From: Clostridia bacterium
Lineage (GTDB): Bacteria; Bacillota; Clostridia; JAAYHZ01
Reading direction: 5' to 3'
Assembly (NCBI GenBank): GCA_050950825.1
Contig: JBMNIH010000003.1
Span: forward strand, 256,001-320,000
DNA length: 64,000 nucleotides
Of this stretch, positions 29,894 to 38,662 are shown piece by piece; the first letter of the stretch is position 1; every line of letters begins with the position of its first letter. The position numbers and the translations under genes are program-made. The notes beneath the pieces were generated by a model. The model saw only the letters and a list, made by a program, of their open reading frames with translations, was not told where the DNA came from and made no database searches.

Positions 29894-30466
29894 CTATTCC
29901 TCAAATAGGATGTTCCCGTTCTCCATGGATTTTACAATGACGAGAGATTCCACTCGGTAGCCCTTTTCACGCAGCATCTTACCGCCCTTTTGAAATCCCT
30001 TTTCTATGGCGGCACCGATACCGACGACTTGGGCACCGGCTTGCTCGGCTATTTCGATCAATCCCATAGCCGCTTCCCCGTTGGCTAGAAAATCATCAAT
30101 GATCAAGATAGAATCCTCCGCTTTTATATAGCGTTTAGAAACCTTCATGGTATAATCGACGGATCGGGTGTAAGAATAAGCTCTGCTGTTGTACGTATCC
30201 TCGTCCATAGTCAACGAACTGCTTTTTTTGGCGAATATGACCGGAACATTAAAGTATACGGCGGTCATGCAGGCTAGAGATATTCCGGAGGCCTCGACGG
30301 TTAGAATTTTGGTCACGTGGGTGTCGGCAAATCTTTTTTTGAACTCCCGTCCCATGGCATCAAGCAGTCGGATATCCAATTGGTGGTTTAGAAAACTGTC
30401 CACCTTTAAAACACTGCCGTCATAGATGCGGGCATCTTCCAAGATTCTTTTCTTTAACTCTTCCAT
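29894..30466 (-). CDS. xpt: Xanthine phosphoribosyltransferase
   Basis: LKVDSFLNHQ, TVEASGI, IDDFLANG, IEKGFQ. Confidence 0.95.
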   Translation of the reverse strand: MEELKKRILEDARIYDGSVLKVDSFLNHQLDIRLLDAMGREFKKRFADTHVTKILTVEASGISLACMTAVYFNVPVIFAKKSSSLTMDEDTYNSRAYSYTRSVDYTMKVSKRYIKAEDSILIIDDFLANGEAAMGLIEIAEQAGAQVVGIGAAIEKGFQKGGKMLREKGYRVESLVIVKSMENGNILFEE

Positions 30467-30685
30467 GTTACACCTACCCATCCATTCAAATAAACCGGAT
30501 ATACTATATAAAAATAAATAATAAAATGAAAAAGGATTTCAGTTATCATCCTTTTCCAACATCCAAAGCCGGAATCAGCAAAGGATAAACCAAAACCTAG
30601 AATTAATCATACAACCATATTATATATCAAGTCAACGCATAATAAGCAAGATTTCTTAAATTATTTGACGAAAATTTAACTATAT

Positions 30686-30750
30686 GCTCGGGAACACAGG
30701 GTTTTTCCCCGCTTTTAAAATCCTCTTGAACCCGCACGCATCTATGATAT
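30686..30750 (+). repeat. 65-bp direct repeat, left copy (probable long IS1634 target duplication)
   Basis: GCTCGGGAACACAGGG...CGCACGCATCTATGATAT; 63/65 identical to 37110-37174. Confidence 0.9.
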
Positions 30751-30853
30751 CTTGACTTTAACAGTTACGGAATATAAAAACCTTTATAATCCTTTAGAAA
30801 TGCGGATTACAAAGATTTTTTGATTTCAAAACATTGTTGTATATTTTTCTTAG

Positions 30854-31190
30854 TTATCTTTTAGTACCGACAATAAGACGTATTGCACCGGGTTTTAGAA
30901 AACGTCGATTAAGTACAAAATTCAAGGCATCACCGATATCCTTTAGAAGGAATTATCTTTAACTAAGCAAGCCTGATATTATCTCAAAGACTTAATAATC
31001 TGTTTGGGCGTATAATCCTTTTTAAAACATTTTACCAAGAGTCTTAAAATCAGCGATGCAATGAATCTTGCAAGAAAATGTCATTCTATCCTTTGTTTCA
31101 GTGTAACAAAAACGGGACAGGTTTCAAGATCGCTTTTTATAATCCGAAAACCTTGTTCATTTTCCCTAATTTGCCACATAAGTTTTCTAT
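30854..31190 (-). pseudogene. IS1634-family transposase C-terminal relic
   Basis: Manual translation: EQGFRIIKSDLETCPVFVTLKQRIE*HFLARFIASLILRLL...YTPKQIIKSLR*..., then after a frameshift DIGDALNFVLNRRFLKPGAIRLIVGTKR*. An IR-like terminus CTTGACTTTAACAGTTA starts at 30751. Confidence 0.75.
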
Positions 31191-31320
31191 GTATACAACT
31201 CATTAGCGTAAAGTAAGTTTCGGATAATAATCAATGGAAGAATATAACAAATAGAAAGAGGACCCCGATTGTGATATGATTAAATTTCCATACAAAAAAT
31301 CACAAAGGAAGGTGTCCTCT

Positions 31321-32805
31321 ATGTATAAAAGTATACTACATTTTATTGAAAATGGGTTAGTCGAAATTGAAAAAATGATGGGTGATATTCTGGCAGGTAA
31401 AAAAGATGCCGATGATTTGACTGCACTCGTTAATAAAGTTACGTCAACGTTAGCGGTCAGCCTTATAGTGGATTTGTACGAGAAAGCTGATAACGATATA
31501 CGAGAAAGCAGCGTGAGAAAAAAGTATTGGAATGTCGAGCACAGGAACAAAAAGAAAACCATCGTAGATGTCATGGGTAAGGTTGAATTCTGCCGAACCG
31601 GATATTGTGCGAAAGGAACGGGTGAGTATGTATATCTTTTGGATCAGGTGCTCGGATTTGAACCGCACCAGAAGGTAACGCTAGGCGCAGCTGCGAGAGC
31701 CTTGGAAGAAAGTATAGACAGCAGTTACCGCAAAGGCGGAGAGAATGCGAGCATAAAAGCGGAAGAAGGCATTAGCAAACAAGCCGTAATGGATCTGGTA
31801 CATGAGATTGAGGCGGACATGCCGATGCCGGAACCGGAAGGAAAGAAGAAGATAAAAAGGCTTCATGTCATAGCCGATGAAGATCATGTGGCGGCACAGT
31901 TTTGGAATGAAAAGGGCGATTTGAAGCGAGATGCGAGGGGCCATAAGATTAATACCCTGATGCCTAAGCTTGTTTGTGTATTCGAGGACATTATCAATGA
32001 ATCGGGGGAAGCATCCAAGAATCCCAGATATAAGCTGATCGGAAAAAAATACTTTTGCGGTATTTACGAGGGTGGCAAAGGCAACGAAAAGCTTTGGATG
32101 GAGGTTGCCGAATACATAGAAAAAACATACGATACGGACTATCTTGAGAGAATATACGTAGTCGGAGACGGAGCTTCGTGGATAAAAAAAGGATGCGAAT
32201 ATTTGGAGAACAGCAAATATGTCCTTGATAAATACCATATGATGAAATATATAAACAGGTCAGTGGCGCATCTTTACGATAGCGCGGACGAGGTGAAAGA
32301 CTGGATTTGGGGAGCCTTGAATCGTTTGGACAAAAAGGAATTGAAGAATATCTATGAGCAGATCCTGAAGGTTACGGAAAGTGAAAACAAGAAGCAAGAA
32401 GTGGAAGATGCGTTAAGATATTTTCTAAATCATTGGCAAGGGATAAAAACCCGAGTGGAAGAAACAAGCGGCTGGACATATTGCATAGAAGGGCAAATAA
32501 GCCATGTATTGTCGGCAAGAATGAGCAGCAGACCAATGGGATGGAGCGAATTGGGTTGCGACCGCATGGCAAGGCTCAGAGCGTACAAAAGAAACGGCGG
32601 TAAGATTCTTGACTTGCTAAAATATCAAAAACAACGAAAAAAGCAAAAGGAAAGGCGTGAAGCACAAGAAGAATTGATAAGAGATCTGAGAAGAAGACAT
32701 TCAAAATGGACGTATGCGGAAGATACCAGACGTCACATACATGGTTTGGAAAGGAGCAGTATGAAGTGGCTAAAGAATATGACCACACTGGCTTGGGACG
32801 CATAA
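31321..32805 (+). CDS. ISLre2-family (UPF0236) transposase
   Basis: ADEDHV, GDGASWIK, LDKYH, EGQISHVLSARMSSRPMGWS; ATG at 31321 after GGAAGG. Confidence 0.92.
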   Translation: MYKSILHFIENGLVEIEKMMGDILAGKKDADDLTALVNKVTSTLAVSLIVDLYEKADNDIRESSVRKKYWNVEHRNKKKTIVDVMGKVEFCRTGYCAKGTGEYVYLLDQVLGFEPHQKVTLGAAARALEESIDSSYRKGGENASIKAEEGISKQAVMDLVHEIEADMPMPEPEGKKKIKRLHVIADEDHVAAQFWNEKGDLKRDARGHKINTLMPKLVCVFEDIINESGEASKNPRYKLIGKKYFCGIYEGGKGNEKLWMEVAEYIEKTYDTDYLERIYVVGDGASWIKKGCEYLENSKYVLDKYHMMKYINRSVAHLYDSADEVKDWIWGALNRLDKKELKNIYEQILKVTESENKKQEVEDALRYFLNHWQGIKTRVEETSGWTYCIEGQISHVLSARMSSRPMGWSELGCDRMARLRAYKRNGGKILDLLKYQKQRKKQKERREAQEELIRDLRRRHSKWTYAEDTRRHIHGLERSSMKWLKNMTTLAWDA

Positions 32806-32848
32806 GCAGCTTGAACCGCTATGACTTTGTAACCGTGTGACGGTAGGC

Positions 32849-33012
32849 TTTATGCCGCGAAAGTCGCTTTACGATGAGTAGACGGCATGTTAGGCTTGTC
32901 TGCCTGGCATCAAACACACAAAGCCGTATCCGGCTTCACCCTGTAGGAAGATGCCGCAGAGGCCACTAAACATGCCGGCAGAGGCTCGTCGTAAAGCGAA
33001 CCGTGGAATAAA
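32849..33012 (+). ncRNA. Putative structured RNA in the ISLre2 3' non-coding region (transposase-associated motif)
   Basis: Nested helices TTTAT.CCGCG/CGTGG.ATAAA, TCGCTTTACGATGAG/CTCGTCGTAAAGCGA, CGGCATGTT/AACATGCCG, GGCATC/GATGCC; covaries with the copy at 36801-36971. Confidence 0.7.
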
Positions 33013-33411
33013 TGAGTACTTTACTTGTGCATTTGCTATTGTCTTCATGAATTCTTAAATAGGTGATGTGTAATAATCAATTAAAAAAACAAATGTGGAA
33101 AAATTGATGGAAATGATATATGATACAGACAAGATTTAATCTTATCATAAGGGTGAACTCTCTCTTTTTATTTCCGAATGTATATTGACGCTATCATACA
33201 ACTCCATAATATGGACATTAATATTAAATTTTTGATATAATTGTTTTTAATTAGATAGATAAAAGATAGAAAATACTACTTATTAATAGTTGATTCTACT
33301 GCAAAAAGATCATTCTTACGCTCGTAAAATTACACTAATGACATAATAAAATCCAATTTATGGTATTCAATTGCGATAAACGTCCCGAATTTGGGTATCA
33401 GCTACCTCGAT

Positions 33412-33431
33412 TCGATATCAAATCGAGGTAG
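33412..33431. terminator. Inner part of a hairpin downstream of the IS1182-like transposase (full stem 33402-33431)
   Basis: CTACCTCGATT-N8-AATCGAGGTAG followed by TTTT. Confidence 0.4.
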
Positions 33432-33488
33432 TTTTCATATGTTTTTTACCTTTTGCCTAATAAAAGGCACAATAATCCCTTTTGTTTG

Positions 33489-35075
33489 TCAAGTTGTTAC
33501 TTTTGCATATCCGCCTTGCAAAAATTTGATAACTCGTTTTATGTTCTGCGCCATTGATAAGAATCCGCATACAACGGTTGATTTAATCAAACCGCGTACC
33601 TTCATATTATTCAGTCCTGTGCGTTTCAACGCCGAAACGGTTCCTTCGATTCCCGCTCTCTTACTAACGTTTTCCTTCCTGCAAGTGGCTATTTCTTCTC
33701 GTTTCCTTGCGGTTTCCATTGCTTTTTCACTGATTCTCACCACACAGTTTTTGTTCTGTTGCTTGCTGTAGCATCTGTTAAAATGCTCGCATTGCAGACA
33801 AACATCTTTTTCGAAGTATGCCACCAATTGTCCTTTCGCTCTAACCGATCGGAAAGGCATATGACCCGCAGGGCATTTTTCAATCAGTCCCGTTTCTTCT
33901 TTTATTTCAAACTCACTCACCGAGATCTTGTCCGACGGCTTCCGTCCGCACATGTCCGTCAAATGGATTTGGACATCATTGGCTTCCGCGGCTTTGTATA
34001 CATCTTCCGAGTGAAAACCTCCGTCTATGTACATGTCGGTACATCCGGTGTTTTCTTTGACCTTTCGGATTCGCCCGCTTAATATTTCTTTGTCGCTTAC
34101 AATGTTGGGCTTAACGGCGTAATCGGTAATCAATTGAACTTTGTTGTCTTTCGAGCAGGTTTCCGATACCTCAAGTACATAGCCGCTTTGCCCTTTATTG
34201 CCTTTCTTTCGATAGGTGGCGTCCTCGTCATAGGCGGATTGAAGCGAATCGGACGAGATTTCTTTGCTCTTCTTCGGTACAAGGTTACCGTTTTTATCGG
34301 TCTCCGACTGTTCTTTGATGAACCGTTCCAGTATGCGAACTTCGTCCGATTCTTTCTTGTCGGGCAGTTCCTTCAATATCTTGAGAGCTTCCGCGCTCAT
34401 AGACAAAAGCGTCGTAAGCCTGCTTTCCGTATCGACGGTTCTTACCTTATGCAGCATTTCGGTTTTGAAATCCTTTTCAAGAACCTTCCCCATTGATTCG
34501 GGTCTTTGTTCTTTCGGAATGGCTTTTACCCCTTTCTCCAATACGTCGTAAGCCAATGCCAATCGACCCGCTTTCTTGATATTGCTTACGAACATGGTCG
34601 TATCGGTTCTTTGTTCGTCGAGCGAGGTTCCCGTCAGTTTCGCAAAATTCCTCAGTAACTCTATGAATTGACCGAATAAGAGGTTTTCGTCCTCGGGATG
34701 CTCCGTCAAATATTCATATACTCTTTCCCGAAAGTAATACAGCGTTCTTTCCGATATGTAAATCTCGCCAAGCGTTTTCCCTCCGACGGCATAAGTCGTT
34801 TGATAATCAAGATATAGGGAATCCAAAAGATCTTGATCATTCAGATCTTTCATATACTTGATATATTCCAAAGACAGCAATATATTCACAGGTGTATTCG
34901 GTCTGCCTGTCTTGCTGTACAATTTCGCAAAAGGTTCTTCGTTGATATGGCAAAATACATGTTCATAGAATACAGGTGCCCAAGATTTTTTAAATCTTTC
35001 GCGTGCTTTTTCATGCATCCAATCGAGACTTGAGAAAATCGGTTGTTGTTTATGTGAATCGTTTGCTCTGAACAT
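33489..35075 (-). CDS. DDE transposase, IS1182/IS5-like
   Basis: GRPNTPVNILL, RTDTTMFVSNIK, DEDATYRKK, YIDGGF, CPAG...CLQCEH..C, RAGIEGTVSALKR; element ends not resolved. Confidence 0.82.
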   Translation of the reverse strand: MFRANDSHKQQPIFSSLDWMHEKARERFKKSWAPVFYEHVFCHINEEPFAKLYSKTGRPNTPVNILLSLEYIKYMKDLNDQDLLDSLYLDYQTTYAVGGKTLGEIYISERTLYYFRERVYEYLTEHPEDENLLFGQFIELLRNFAKLTGTSLDEQRTDTTMFVSNIKKAGRLALAYDVLEKGVKAIPKEQRPESMGKVLEKDFKTEMLHKVRTVDTESRLTTLLSMSAEALKILKELPDKKESDEVRILERFIKEQSETDKNGNLVPKKSKEISSDSLQSAYDEDATYRKKGNKGQSGYVLEVSETCSKDNKVQLITDYAVKPNIVSDKEILSGRIRKVKENTGCTDMYIDGGFHSEDVYKAAEANDVQIHLTDMCGRKPSDKISVSEFEIKEETGLIEKCPAGHMPFRSVRAKGQLVAYFEKDVCLQCEHFNRCYSKQQNKNCVVRISEKAMETARKREEIATCRKENVSKRAGIEGTVSALKRTGLNNMKVRGLIKSTVVCGFLSMAQNIKRVIKFLQGGYAKVTT

Positions 35076-35220
35076 AAAATATATCTCCGGAAAATTCAAA
35101 ATATGGATTAATGAAACATATCTATTTTACCATAAAACCTGTCTCAAGTCTAGTGTTTTCAAGTGTTTCGAGGCTTTTTAAGAGCCTTTTATGAAATTTT
35201 CTAGGTACATTATATAATGT

Positions 35221-35365
35221 ACCCTATAGCTTGGACACTTTGGGTTTTCAAAACCCTTACCATCGGACATTAGGTTTTTGAAAAAACCCTACATTTCGGA
35301 CAATAGATTTTATATAATCCCTGTTGTTCGGACACATGCATTTTCAAAACCCTATATTCCGGACA
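35221..35365 (+). repeat. Five phased copies of the IR core (A/T)CCCT-N7-GGACA
   Basis: Copies start at 35221, 35253, 35286, 35318 and 35349 (period 31-33 bp). Confidence 0.85.
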
Positions 35366-35429
35366 AGAACAGTTTTTGACTTCAATTCAGATGCATATTA
35401 CAATAAATGTAGTTGGATTGGAGGCATAT

Positions 35430-35834
35430 ATGGCAAATAAGAAATTTACCCCAGAAGAAATGTCCGAGTTAAGAAAAAGCAAGTATGTTCTGGATGTATC
35501 ACCAAGCACTGTACACTTCTCTGCGGAATTCAAAAAAGAATTCTGGAATGCACTAATGCAAGGGAAATTACCAAAAGATATAGTTAAATCTCTTGGCATT
35601 AATCCCGAGATACTAGGCGAAATAAGGATTGGCGGATTAAAAACAATGATCCGTAATGAAGTAAAAAAAGGCAATGGATTCCGTGACTTGAATACTTATA
35701 TGCAAGCTGGAAACGGCTATATGTCAGCAGAAAACAGGATTAAATACCTAGAGATGCAACTGGCATATAAGGAGCAAGAGATAGAGTTTCTAAAAAAAAT
35801 TGTATCTTTAGATCCGGAGGCACGGGAATTATGA
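35430..35834 (+). CDS. IS3-family OrfA (HTH)
   Basis: GGAGG RBS; ends ...YLEMQLAYKEQEIEFLKK with an A8 slippery run at 35792-35799. Confidence 0.85.
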   Translation: MANKKFTPEEMSELRKSKYVLDVSPSTVHFSAEFKKEFWNALMQGKLPKDIVKSLGINPEILGEIRIGGLKTMIRNEVKKGNGFRDLNTYMQAGNGYMSAENRIKYLEMQLAYKEQEIEFLKKIVSLDPEAREL

Positions 35835-36790
35835 TCATTCCTGCAAATGCCAAGTATAAAATCATACAAGAAACAGTAGCACTGCATGGGAATCTTTTAA
35901 ATGTTTCTGTCCTGTGCGAAATCGCTGGTGTTTCTAGATCCGGCTATTATCACTATCTCACTACAGAAGAAGTTAGAAAACAGAAAGAAGAACAGGATCA
36001 ACAGGATTTTCTTCTCATCATAGAAGCATATAAACACAGAGGATATGATAAGGGTGCACGTGGGATTTATATGAGATTACTGCATCAGACTCCACCGGTT
36101 GTCATGAACATAAAAAAGATTCGGCGTCTTATGAAGAAGTATGGATTAAAATGCCCAATTCGCAAAGCAAATCCATACAGACGTATAGCAAAAGCGATAG
36201 GTACTTCCTATGTCGCTCCAAATCTCCTGAATCGCGAGTTTGAGGAACATGGACCACGGAAAGTTCTGCTTACAGATATCACATATATTATTAACGGTAG
36301 AGCACCTAGATGCTATATGTCTACTATTATAGATGCCTGTACAAAAGAACTCCTAGCATGGGTAGTGAGTCCATCTTTGGAAGTTGATTTTGTACTTGAG
36401 ACAGTGAATCAGCTCATTGAAAAACATGGGATTTCCTTAACGGCAGAAACCCTAATCCACAGTGATCAAGGGTCACATTACACTAGTCTTAGTTTTATAC
36501 AGCTGATTAAAAACAGCGAATTAAGGCAGTCAATGTCCAGAAGGGCAAACTGCTGGGATAACGCTCCGCAAGAGTCCTTCTTCGGACATATGAAGGATGA
36601 AATTCATATCGAAGAGTGTAACACTTATGAAGAAATCCTATCAGCAATAACTGACTGGACAGAGTATTATAACTACGAAAGATATCAATGGGATTTAGCA
36701 AAGCTATCTCCTGCAGAGTATTACAAATATTTAACAACTGGCGAGTATCCACTAAATATACCCAAGCCAAATGGATTCAAGGAGAGCTGA
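35831..36790 (+). CDS. IS3-family OrfB (rve integrase-core DDE); probably also fused to OrfA by -1 frameshift
   Basis: VSRSGYY, TDITY, HSDQGSHY, SMSRRANCWDNAPQESFFGHMK; the -1 frame is open from the A8 run to the ATG at 35831. Confidence 0.93.
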   Translation: MIIPANAKYKIIQETVALHGNLLNVSVLCEIAGVSRSGYYHYLTTEEVRKQKEEQDQQDFLLIIEAYKHRGYDKGARGIYMRLLHQTPPVVMNIKKIRRLMKKYGLKCPIRKANPYRRIAKAIGTSYVAPNLLNREFEEHGPRKVLLTDITYIINGRAPRCYMSTIIDACTKELLAWVVSPSLEVDFVLETVNQLIEKHGISLTAETLIHSDQGSHYTSLSFIQLIKNSELRQSMSRRANCWDNAPQESFFGHMKDEIHIEECNTYEEILSAITDWTEYYNYERYQWDLAKLSPAEYYKYLTTGEYPLNIPKPNGFKES

Positions 36791-36800
36791 TGGGAAGGCA

Positions 36801-36971
36801 GCGTTTATGCCGCGAAAGCCTCTTGACAATGAGAGCCCGGCATGTTAGGCTATCTGACCGGGCATCAACCACCTCCAGAGCCCTTCTGCCTTGTTCAGCA
36901 TGGGGGATGCCTCTGATGCCAGCAAACATGCCGGCAGAGGCTCGTTGTCAAGAGGATCGTGGAATAAATGC
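36801..36971 (+). ncRNA. Putative structured RNA in the IS3 3' non-coding region (same motif as in ISLre2)
   Basis: GCGTTTAT.CCGCG/CGTGG.ATAAATGC, CCTCTTGACAATGAG/CTCGTTGTCAAGAGG, CCGGCATGTT/AACATGCCGG, GGCATC/GATGCC. Confidence 0.7.
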
Positions 36972-37109
36972 GGAAACCTGACTCCGAAACACCGGTATGG
37001 TAGTACTCAAAGTCCGGGACAGGTGAATCAACAGCCACTGAATACTCATTTATGAATTGAAATCAAAAACTCATTTTGTCCTTGACAAAGGGTACACTTT
37101 AAACAGTTA

Positions 37110-37174
37110 GCTCGGGAACACAGGGCTTTTTCCCGCTTTTAAAATCCTCTTGAACCCGCACGCATCTATGATAT
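37110..37174 (+). repeat. 65-bp direct repeat, right copy
   Basis: 63/65 identical to 30686-30750. Confidence 0.9.
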
Positions 37175-37177
37175 AAT
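37150..37177 (+). promoter_or_regulatory. Extended -10 sigma-A promoter
   Basis: TTGAAC-16 bp-TATAAT with TG at -15/-14. Confidence 0.6.
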
Positions 37178-37246
37178 CTATTTGTTTGTACTGATTATAC
37201 TTTTATCAACAGTTCAAAAAGACAAAATAAAGAGGGATTTATATAA

Positions 37247-38638
37247 ATGAAAAATACGGATTTTGACGTAATTATCATCGGAGCGGGAACAGCCGGTATT
37301 ATGGCCGGTTTTGAATTGGTTAAACTGAATCCGGGGATTAAATTACTAATGATTGACAGCGGTTACACCATAGAAAAAAGAATTTGCCCCATTATTGACA
37401 ACAAAACCGACAAATGTATTCACTGCAAATCCTGCAGCATCATGAACGGGTTCGGTGGTGCCGGTGCTTTTTCCGACGGAAAATTCAACTTTACCACCCA
37501 ATTCGGAGGATGGCTTGCCGAATATTTAGATAGCAAAAAGGTTATGGAGCTCATTGAATACGTGGACTCCATCAACATGCAGTTCGGTGCAACGGAAAAA
37601 AGGTACTCCACTTCTTCTCCCGAGGCGAAGAAGCTGGAAAAATTGGCTTTGCAAAACGACCTTCATTTATTGGCGGCATCGGTGAAGCATTTAGGTACCG
37701 AAGAAAACTATGCCATATTAAAAAGACAATACGAATACCTGTCACAAAAGGTCGAATTCCTTTTTAATACCACGGTGGAAAGCATTGAACCCGACGAAGA
37801 CAAATTCAATATCATTGCAAAAAATAAAACATGGACGAGCAAATACTTGATCGTCGCTCCGGGGCGTTCCGGTGCGGAGTGGTTTGCCGGCCAGTGCCAG
37901 AAGTTAGGAATAAAATTAATAAACAACCAAGTGGACATCGGCGTTCGCGTTGAATTGCCCGCTACTGTATTCGATCATATTACCGATGTCATGTACGAGT
38001 CGAAATTGTTGTATCGTACCAAGCAATACGGGGACATCGTTCGTACGTTTTGTATGAACCCGAACGGATACGTGGTATCGGAAAACGTGGAAGGTATCGT
38101 GACGGTAAACGGACACAGCTATTCCGATAAAAAAATGGGCAGCGAAAACACAAACTTTGCTTTGCTGGTCAGCAACCGCTTTACGTATCCCTTTAACGAG
38201 CCTTACCAATACGGAAAAAGAATCGCTTCCCTATCGAATATGTTAGGCGGAGGCGTAATTATACAGCGCTTCGGAGATCTGATTAAAGGAAGAAGAACCA
38301 ACGAGCACCGCCTTGAGCAGAGCTTTACCAAACCGACCCTTAACGCGACCCCCGGGGACTTGAGCTTGGTTCTGACCAAGCGTCATTTGGATAACATTAT
38401 CGAAATGATTTACGCTTTGGACAAAATCGCTCCGGGAACCGCCAACCATGATACGCTGCTCTACGGCGTGGAGGTCAAGTTCTACAGCGCCCGATTGGAG
38501 CTGGACAACAATTTGGAAACCAAAATACCGAACTTTTTCGCCGTGGGAGACGGTGCCGGAATCACAAGAGGACTTTCTCAAGCGGGTGCAAGCGGAATTC
38601 ATACGGCGAGAATTATATCCGAGCGCTTAAAAAAATAA
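37247..38638 (+). CDS. FAD-dependent oxidoreductase (COG2509-like)
   Basis: GAGTAG, CIHCKSC, GGAGAFSDGK, RTFCMNP, GDGAGITRG. Confidence 0.88.
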   Translation: MKNTDFDVIIIGAGTAGIMAGFELVKLNPGIKLLMIDSGYTIEKRICPIIDNKTDKCIHCKSCSIMNGFGGAGAFSDGKFNFTTQFGGWLAEYLDSKKVMELIEYVDSINMQFGATEKRYSTSSPEAKKLEKLALQNDLHLLAASVKHLGTEENYAILKRQYEYLSQKVEFLFNTTVESIEPDEDKFNIIAKNKTWTSKYLIVAPGRSGAEWFAGQCQKLGIKLINNQVDIGVRVELPATVFDHITDVMYESKLLYRTKQYGDIVRTFCMNPNGYVVSENVEGIVTVNGHSYSDKKMGSENTNFALLVSNRFTYPFNEPYQYGKRIASLSNMLGGGVIIQRFGDLIKGRRTNEHRLEQSFTKPTLNATPGDLSLVLTKRHLDNIIEMIYALDKIAPGTANHDTLLYGVEVKFYSARLELDNNLETKIPNFFAVGDGAGITRGLSQAGASGIHTARIISERLKK

Positions 38639-38662
38639 CCCACAGCATGCGGGGGTGAAAAA

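Larger units (their letters stand above)
31202..33195 (+). mobile_element. ISLre2-family insertion sequence, copy 1 (1994 bp)
   Basis: Imperfect IRs ATTAGCGTAAAG...TTCGGA / TCCGAA...TTGACGCTATC; 9-bp target duplication ATACAACTC at 31193-31201 and 33196-33204; near-identical to 45894-47888. Confidence 0.92.
35213..37101 (+). mobile_element. IS3-family (IS150-like) insertion sequence
   Basis: IRs TATAATGTACCCT-N7-GGACA / TGTCC-N7-AGGGTACACTTTA; contains orfA and orfB; no target duplication seen; end positions inferred. Confidence 0.82.

Noticed and set aside
31276-31320. Apparent frameshift between the two ISLre2 transposase N-termini
   Set aside because: The 1-bp indel lies upstream of the RBS-supported ATG (31321 and 46014), so both genes are intact.
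32912-32949. Variable apex of the motif as a guide matching insertion sites
   Set aside because: By eye I found no complementarity to the target duplications (ATACAACTC, ATTTTTCTT), their flanks or the IRs, so a guide function is unsupported here.
35221-35365. CRISPR-like mini-array
   Set aside because: Units are only ~32 bp in total, degenerate, match the IS IR core, and no cas genes are present.
36790-36981. 63-codon ORF (MGRQRLCRES...) across the IS3 copy of the motif, with AAGGAG and a TGATG overlap
   Set aside because: The equivalent ISLre2 frame has stops just upstream of the motif and ends early, and the substitutions preserve base pairing rather than amino acids. A conserved protein is unlikely, though translation in the IS3 copy is not excluded.
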